From contig NZ_JADEXP010000011.1 in the NCBI RefSeq assembly GCF_015207065.1, positions 1 through 43,011 on the forward strand: 43,011 bases of DNA, in the 5' to 3' direction. Below the pieces are notes generated by a model. That model searched no databases. It had not been told where the DNA came from and was given only the letters and a program-made list of their open reading frames with translations. Source of the DNA: Leptolyngbya cf. ectocarpi LEGE 11479 (GTDB lineage Bacteria; Cyanobacteriota; Cyanobacteriia; Phormidesmidales; Phormidesmidaceae). Made by a program: the position numbers and the translations under genes. Positions 35,301 through 40,405 of this stretch are shown here, piece after piece (position 1 is the stretch's first letter; the number at the start of each line of letters is the position of its first letter).

Positions 35301-36340
35301 CTCGCAATCAGATGGAATTAAAACTGGCCCGCATTTGGTCAGACGTGCTCAAGGTAGATCAGATCGGGATGGAGGATGATTTCTTTGAATTGGGAGGTCA
35401 TTCTCTGATAGCGCTGGCTCTGATGGCACGCATTAAGGAAATGTTAGGCTACACACTACCGTTCAATACTCTGTTTCAAGAAGCAACCATTGAACAGCAA
35501 GCTATGCTTTTGGAGCAAAACGTTGATCCGCAGGCATGGACTCCTTTGACACCTCTACAACCCCAGGGTAGTCACCCTCCCTTATTCTTGATTCATCCTG
35601 GCGGTGGAAGTGTGCTGTGTTACCAGAGACTGATGCCATATTTAGGTCAGCAAAGAGCACTTTATGGGCTAGAAACAAGGGGGTTCATTCCAGGGCAGTC
35701 CCCACGCACGAGTATTGAAGCGATGGCCACAGACTACATTCAATCTATCCAAGTGTTACAGCCTACCGGGCCTTATCACTTGGCTGGCTGGTGTTTGGGA
35801 GGAATGATTGCCTGGGAGGTTGCACAGCAACTGATGATCCAGGGGCAACACGTTTCTCGTCTCATCTTTATTGATGTTAATTCGTCAATGGCGGGTGATC
35901 AAATTCCTGAGCCGACCGATTTACTGGCGGGTATGGTTGGTCAAGCTTTAGACTTATCTGCAGTTGATCTAGAGGTGCTGACTAAACATTTGCAGTCTAT
36001 GAATTGGGAGGATCAGCTTGCCTATGTTATCTCAGAGGCAGAACATCGAAATTTTCCGCTCAGTCCAGGGTTTGGGATGGCGCAATTGGACAGTATTGTG
36101 CAAATTAGGCGGGGGCACATTCAGGCTGCACAGAGCTATGTGCCTAAGCCTTATCCGGGTGAGGTAGTCCTACTACAAGCTGAGGGGGGAGTTGCCGCAC
36201 GGGCTGATGATCCTACGCTTGGCTGGCAGGCTTTAGCTCAGAAGACAACGCTTCACTGGGTTCCTGGAAATCATTTATCTATGATGCGAGAACCCCATGT
36301 CAAAGTGCTGGGGCAATACTTCAAGAAATATTTAGATTAA
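32366..36340 (+). CDS. NRPS-3 (1324 aa): C-A(Asn)-PCP-TE, terminal module
   Basis: See the domain features. It begins directly with the C domain (MTLSAVSEDVYIYPLSFAQEHLWF). Confidence 0.95.
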   Translation: MTLSAVSEDVYIYPLSFAQEHLWFLQQANPESVAYNMTYALRLQGNLNVSALECAIQTIYTRHETLRTSIEMVDGFAMQVISPAVAMSLPFIDLSTLSSTDAMGEVKRLAIDQETTCFNLAQEVLIRVQLLRLADTDHVLLLTLHHIIADGWSIGIIIQETSTLYSAYFQGKPPALPELPIQYGDFSDWQRDWLSGPVLQKLLTYWTSQLAGVPTLLELPSDRTYPAIRTAQGRTEKFVVDPTLALQLKTLAQRQQVTLFMLLLAAFGTLLFRYSEQQDMVIGTSIANRTRPEFEPLIGFFVNTLALRLQFQEISTFQDLLDQVRQVSLGAYEHQDLPFAHVVEALDLERSLSHSPLVQVMFLLQNASSEQLELPGLTLSSLEFEETRARFDLTLSVQETAAGLQGQWEYSTDLFEAETIRRMIVHFHTLLEGIVDNPQELLDQLPLLPKPESQKLLKEWNDTAVDYPKERCIHQLFEAQVEKTPKAVAVEFNTQQLTYEVLNQRANQLARYLQTVGVGPEILVGICVERSLDMIVGLLGILKAGGGYVPMDPSYPKKRLIYMLQDSAASVLLTQQKIQESFSQSGVHTICLDLDWPKIADHGSGNVESTINSNNLAYVIYTSGSTGKPKGVEVIHQGLTNYLCWCVQHYDIARGSGALVHTPLGFDATITGLFSPLLVGRTVFLLPEDQGISALAGALQQGNNFSLVKLTPAHLKLLSSLIPAEKLAQQAHVFVIGGEALMKDMISPWLTHAPNTRLINEYGPTETVVGCCIYEANAHKALADLIPIGRPIANTQLYILDSRLHPLPIGAVGELYIGGDGVARGYRGLPELSAEKFMANPFGLGRLYRTGDLARYLPDGNVEFLGRIDNSVKLRGFRIELGEIEAVLSAHPHIQQVSVIVREDHPEDKRLVAYVVNQHIQLSSIELRDFLKAQLPDYMLPNTFMQLDALPLTPNGKVDRNALPSPESLSGPSRVSTPPRNQMELKLARIWSDVLKVDQIGMEDDFFELGGHSLIALALMARIKEMLGYTLPFNTLFQEATIEQQAMLLEQNVDPQAWTPLTPLQPQGSHPPLFLIHPGGGSVLCYQRLMPYLGQQRALYGLETRGFIPGQSPRTSIEAMATDYIQSIQVLQPTGPYHLAGWCLGGMIAWEVAQQLMIQGQHVSRLIFIDVNSSMAGDQIPEPTDLLAGMVGQALDLSAVDLEVLTKHLQSMNWEDQLAYVISEAEHRNFPLSPGFGMAQLDSIVQIRRGHIQAAQSYVPKPYPGEVVLLQAEGGVAARADDPTLGWQALAQKTTLHWVPGNHLSMMREPHVKVLGQYFKKYLD
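32393..33720 (+). other. Condensation domain C6 (LCL-like)
   Basis: YPLSFAQEHLWFLQQ; LHHIIADGWS (32806-32832); IQYGDFSDWQ. Confidence 0.9.
33790..35263 (+). other. Adenylation domain A6, predicted Asn (close paralog of A1)
   Basis: LAYVIYTSGSTGKPKG; GFDATITGLF; VKLTPAHL; FVIGGEA; NEYGPTETVVGCC; NGKVDR. The code read by eye is DATKVGEVGK (Asn), identical to A1. Confidence 0.85.
35299..35516 (+). other. PCP6
   Basis: FFELGGHSLIALALMARIK; Ser codon 35402-35404. Confidence 0.9.
35539..36337 (+). other. Type I thioesterase with Cys nucleophile
   Basis: PLFLIHPGGGSVLCY. The nucleophile elbow is LAGWCLGG, with TGT (Cys) at 35792-35794 where GxSxG is expected. Also LIFIDV (Asp) and VPGNHLSMM (His). 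Confidence 0.9.
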
Positions 36341-36483
36341 ACCGATGAGACCTGAAACAAGCTGCTCAAAATGGACGGCGATTTGATTGCGACAATGATT
36401 CTGGTTTTTAACCCTAATAAAGATCAGCAAATCAACAACGTAGCTGATTTACAGTAAAAGAATATGTCTGACTATTATCAACG

Positions 36484-37854
36484 ATGACAGAGAAACTATT
36501 AACAGCCACAGAAAAGCCAATTGCCAAGGGCATGGGTGTATTTATATCCATTTGGCTGGGGTCATTTGTCTCGTTAATGGGTAAGCGCTTAACTAGCTTT
36601 GCTTTGAATATTTGGATTCTCCAAACGACGGACTCGATCAATTTCTACACACTGGGAGTTTTGATTACAACATTACCGGCTCTTTTTTTAGCTCCTTTTT
36701 TCGGTAGCTTAGTCGATCGCTGGCCACGGCGGTGGGTAATGATCATTTCTGAGATTGGGTCTGGCCTATGTATTTTGGCCCTTGCCCTTTTGTTTATTAT
36801 GGACTCCTTAAAGCTCTGGCATTTATTCGTTTTGACAGGGCTCAATGCTGCTTTTATAGAAGTGGATACGCTGGCGTTTCAGTCTGCTGTTAGTTTGATT
36901 GTGCCGTCAGAAGAGTTACCTCGTGCAAGTGGGTTTACTCTCTTGGGTTCGGCTATTGCTCGACTGCTAGCTCCTGTTTTAGCTGGAGCTTTAATAGTCA
37001 TTATTCAGATACAGGGTATTTTACTAATTGATTGCGCTAGTTTTTTTATGGGTCTAATCCCCTTGCTTTTGTTCCGATTACCAGAAGTAGATATAGCGTT
37101 GCTCGAGGGTGATAAAGAACATATTTCTCTAGGAGCGCAGCTCAATCAGGGGTGGACGTATTTAACTAGTCAATCAGGACTGTTTAGCTTAATGACGCTA
37201 CGAGCAGTTTATACATTTGTCTCTACAGCTGGAATTCTGTTATTTGTTCCTATGCTGCTAAAGTTGACCACGCCTGTGGCTTTGGGGAGTTCTATGTTTG
37301 TTGTGGGTCTGGGGGGCGTAGTTGGAGGAGTTTTGATGGGGACTTGGGCTAATCGTCAAGAACAACTCATGCCATTAGTATTTGGCTGTATGTTTTTTAC
37401 CAGTTTGGCGGCGATCGCAAGTGGATTACGCCCATCTTTGGGGCTCATTATAGCTGCAGCATTTTTCTTCCTCTTGAATTTTCCTCTAATTACAGGGTCT
37501 ATTCAGGTTATTTTTCAGAGGCAGGTATCCCCTGAACTGCAGGGACGTATTTTTGCCCTGAGTAATGCGTTTGTTGCGATCGCAACTATTGCTGCAATTG
37601 TCTTTAGCTCCGTGGTGGATCAGCTTCTAGAACCAATGATGATTTTTGAAGGACCCTGGGCCAACGGAATTGGCCAAATTATTGGTACTGGACCAGGTCG
37701 AGGCATTGGCTTAATGTACATTATGCTAGGCGTAATGACTATGCTAATCACCATAATTGCTTATCAACATGTACCCTTGGTAAATATTGAGCAAGAAACT
37801 GAAATCTACAGTCAACCTTGCCTCGCACTCTCCGATTTAGACGTAACAAAGTAG
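36484..37854 (+). CDS. MFS transporter, EntS-like / MFS_3 family (probable product exporter)
   Basis: 456 aa, hydrophobic throughout (about 12 helices). The loop 2-3 motif GSLVDRWPRRWVM matches the GxxxDRxxRR signature of this exporter family. Confidence 0.8.
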   Translation: MTEKLLTATEKPIAKGMGVFISIWLGSFVSLMGKRLTSFALNIWILQTTDSINFYTLGVLITTLPALFLAPFFGSLVDRWPRRWVMIISEIGSGLCILALALLFIMDSLKLWHLFVLTGLNAAFIEVDTLAFQSAVSLIVPSEELPRASGFTLLGSAIARLLAPVLAGALIVIIQIQGILLIDCASFFMGLIPLLLFRLPEVDIALLEGDKEHISLGAQLNQGWTYLTSQSGLFSLMTLRAVYTFVSTAGILLFVPMLLKLTTPVALGSSMFVVGLGGVVGGVLMGTWANRQEQLMPLVFGCMFFTSLAAIASGLRPSLGLIIAAAFFFLLNFPLITGSIQVIFQRQVSPELQGRIFALSNAFVAIATIAAIVFSSVVDQLLEPMMIFEGPWANGIGQIIGTGPGRGIGLMYIMLGVMTMLITIIAYQHVPLVNIEQETEIYSQPCLALSDLDVTK

Positions 37855-37945
37855 CAAGCTTCCAGTGGAAATCAAGATTGTACTGACGCAGCTCTTTAAG
37901 GCAAGTATTTGGCAAACAAACCTATGATTACAGTAAGTATAGATC

Positions 37946-40405
37946 ATGAATCTTACTATTAGCCCTGGACACAGGGCAAGAATAGGTGCTGTTGTTGGCG
38001 TTTTTGTACCTGTACTCATGCTCATGGGATACTGCGGTACTCTACTTTTGAGGACACGGTGGGGAATCTTTTTTGATGCCGTGATCAGCGTCCTTATTAG
38101 CGCTATTGCAGTTGCTCTTCTCAGTGGCACTATTGCACTTATAATTGTTTTCCTTACGAAGCTACCTCGTCTTTTCAGCAGTTATTTGGCTAGTGCATGG
38201 CTGGCCCTGCTATTGCTTCTCAATGATTCACCTGTGGCTAATCTTCCTCTAGCCACAGCGATAGTATTAGCCCTGGCCTTGTTGGGCGGCGCTATCGCGA
38301 TGGTTACATCTCCAAATTTTATAACAATTCGCCTTTCTCAAAAGATATTACTAGGTGTTGTCTTATCTACTACAGCTGCGACCTCATTAGGCTGCTTTAT
38401 CTGGCTTATAGCTCCGGGTACCGCCCAAGAACTGTTGCCAATGGACATGGGGTATCACCCAGTACTGCAGGCACTTGAGGCTCCCAATCCAGCCAAATTA
38501 GGTTCCTACAAGGTGAAGACACTCACCTATGGTAGTGGTGAGGACTGGCGTACAGAGTTTGGTCATGGTGCGCAACTCAGAACGCAACCAGTTGATGGCA
38601 GCGCTTTTTTGAATTCACCTCAAGGGTGGATTGGAAATCTAACCGGTTTACATCTGTTTGATGGATGGTTCCAATTGGTTCGGCAACGCTATTGGGGATT
38701 CGATCGCAGCAATCTTCCCCTCAACGGTCGAGTTTGGTATCCAGAAGGCGAAGGGAAATTTCCTTTAGTCTTGGTTGTCCACGGAAACCATCTTATGCGT
38801 GAGTACTCAGATCCTGGTTATGCTTACCTAGGAGAACTGTTAGCTAGTCGTGGATACATTTTTATTTCAATAGATGAGAATTTTCTAAATAGTGATTGGT
38901 CAAACGACTATAAAAAAGAGAATGAAGCCCGCGGATGGCTAATGCTCGAACACCTCAACGTATGGCGATCATGGAATACAGAAATTGGCAATCCTTTTTA
39001 TCAAAAGGTAGACTTGGATAGAATCTCCTTAATGGGGCATTCACGGGGGGGTGAAGCTATTAATTTTGCAGTAGCGTTTAATCATCTTCAATACTATCCC
39101 AACGATGCAAACGTAAAGTTTGACTACGGTTTTAATATCAGATCTATCGTAGCTATTGCCCCGGTTGACTTCCAATCCTTCTACCAATCTGCCCCACTAG
39201 AAGATATCAACTATCTTGTGCTACAAGGAACCCATGATGCCGATGTTTTTCGCTTTTTAGGAGACCGACAGTACAAACGGGTCAAGTTTACTAAAAAAAA
39301 CTATAGGTTCAAGTCCTCGATCTATATTTATCGGGCAAATCATGGGCAATTTAACACTGTCTGGGGTAATCGAGATCGGATACTGCCCTATGGTTACTCC
39401 TTGAATACCAAACCTCTGCTCACGGGAGAAGAACAACGACAAATCGCAAAAGTCTACATCAGTGCATTTCTTGATACTACCCTTAAAGATGAAGAGGTTT
39501 ATCTGCCAATCTTTCACGACTATAGGCTAGCCGCCGACTGGTTGCCAAAAACACATTACATTAGTCGCTTTGAAGACTCACGTACACACATTGTTAGCGA
39601 TTTTGATGAAGATATCGATCTTACAACTACAAGTATAAACGGCGGTAGCCAAGTGGGTGAAAATCTTAGAGTTTGGACGGAAAAAGATCTTGGGTTCCGC
39701 ATAAGTAATACCAAACGCCAAAACCAGGCTGTTTATCTTGGCTGGGAATATAATGAGGCAGATAGAGATTGGATTAGAACAGATAGTTCAAGTCCTAGCA
39801 TTGGCGCCATGAGAGATATTCAGCCAGCCAGCTATACCATTACTCTTCCTAGCAATTTCAGGACTCAATGGCCGATAAACTCAAGTTCATCGCTGACGTT
39901 CTCCCTTGCTGATGTGAATAAAAAATCTGCTCTGTTCTACGGTTCAGATGCTGCAGATGTGGAGTCAGCTACAATACTTGACTCAAAAAAAGATAAGCAG
40001 ACTTATAAAAGTATAGAGACAAAAGGTATAGAGACAGACGAATCTGAGAATCGACCGGAAGAGATAGAAAAAAGAACCAAAATACCTATCGATTTCACCA
40101 TTGAAGTGGAAGATCTAAACGAGCAAACCGCAGCTCTTCCTCTCAGTAAAATTGCAAGTTTACTACCCCCACTCAAAGCGAAGTTTACACGATATAGACC
40201 CTGGGAAAAGAGATATGGCTTCTCCAGTGAGTCTGTCCTGCAGACTATTGAAATCCCAATGTTTGATTTCCTAGAGGTTAATGGACAATTTAACCCTAGC
40301 CAGATTAAGGCGATCCGCTTTCGATTTGACCGCGTCTCTGTAGGGATGATTATTCTAGATGAAGTGGGGATCCGTTTGACTCAGTCAACAATGCTCCCTA
40401 CCTAG
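37946..40405 (+). CDS. Membrane-anchored alpha/beta hydrolase (chlorophyllase / PAF-acetylhydrolase-like) with an uncharacterised C-terminal region
   Basis: The N-terminal 170 aa holds about 5 hydrophobic helices. Then PLVLVVHGNH, the nucleophile elbow LMGHSRGGEA (Ser codon 39041-39043), LQGTHDADV and YRANHGQFN. The last 330 aa or so have no motif I recognise and include a Lys/Glu-rich linker (KKDKQTYKSIETKGIETDESENRPEEIEKRTK). Confidence 0.65.
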   Translation: MNLTISPGHRARIGAVVGVFVPVLMLMGYCGTLLLRTRWGIFFDAVISVLISAIAVALLSGTIALIIVFLTKLPRLFSSYLASAWLALLLLLNDSPVANLPLATAIVLALALLGGAIAMVTSPNFITIRLSQKILLGVVLSTTAATSLGCFIWLIAPGTAQELLPMDMGYHPVLQALEAPNPAKLGSYKVKTLTYGSGEDWRTEFGHGAQLRTQPVDGSAFLNSPQGWIGNLTGLHLFDGWFQLVRQRYWGFDRSNLPLNGRVWYPEGEGKFPLVLVVHGNHLMREYSDPGYAYLGELLASRGYIFISIDENFLNSDWSNDYKKENEARGWLMLEHLNVWRSWNTEIGNPFYQKVDLDRISLMGHSRGGEAINFAVAFNHLQYYPNDANVKFDYGFNIRSIVAIAPVDFQSFYQSAPLEDINYLVLQGTHDADVFRFLGDRQYKRVKFTKKNYRFKSSIYIYRANHGQFNTVWGNRDRILPYGYSLNTKPLLTGEEQRQIAKVYISAFLDTTLKDEEVYLPIFHDYRLAADWLPKTHYISRFEDSRTHIVSDFDEDIDLTTTSINGGSQVGENLRVWTEKDLGFRISNTKRQNQAVYLGWEYNEADRDWIRTDSSSPSIGAMRDIQPASYTITLPSNFRTQWPINSSSSLTFSLADVNKKSALFYGSDAADVESATILDSKKDKQTYKSIETKGIETDESENRPEEIEKRTKIPIDFTIEVEDLNEQTAALPLSKIASLLPPLKAKFTRYRPWEKRYGFSSESVLQTIEIPMFDFLEVNGQFNPSQIKAIRFRFDRVSVGMIILDEVGIRLTQSTMLPT

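Noticed and set aside
35539-36337. Sulfazecin-style beta-lactam formation by the Cys-TE acting on Dap
   Set aside because: In sulfazecin the Dap residue is on the last carrier, next to the TE. Here Dap is loaded on module 4, and two more residues are added before release. The same four-membered ring closure is therefore not available. Only the Cys nucleophile and the Dap supply are shared.
36423-36448. A hairpin (ATCAGC-N14-GCTGAT) after the TE gene as a rho-independent terminator
   Set aside because: The stem is only 6 bp with a 14-nt loop and no following T tract. The MFS gene follows on the same strand and is probably co-transcribed.
37837-38130. A 97-aa minus-strand ORF spanning the MFS/hydrolase junction
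   Set aside because: It is antisense to the hydrophobic N terminus of the hydrolase gene, and its composition mirrors that region. It has no independent support.
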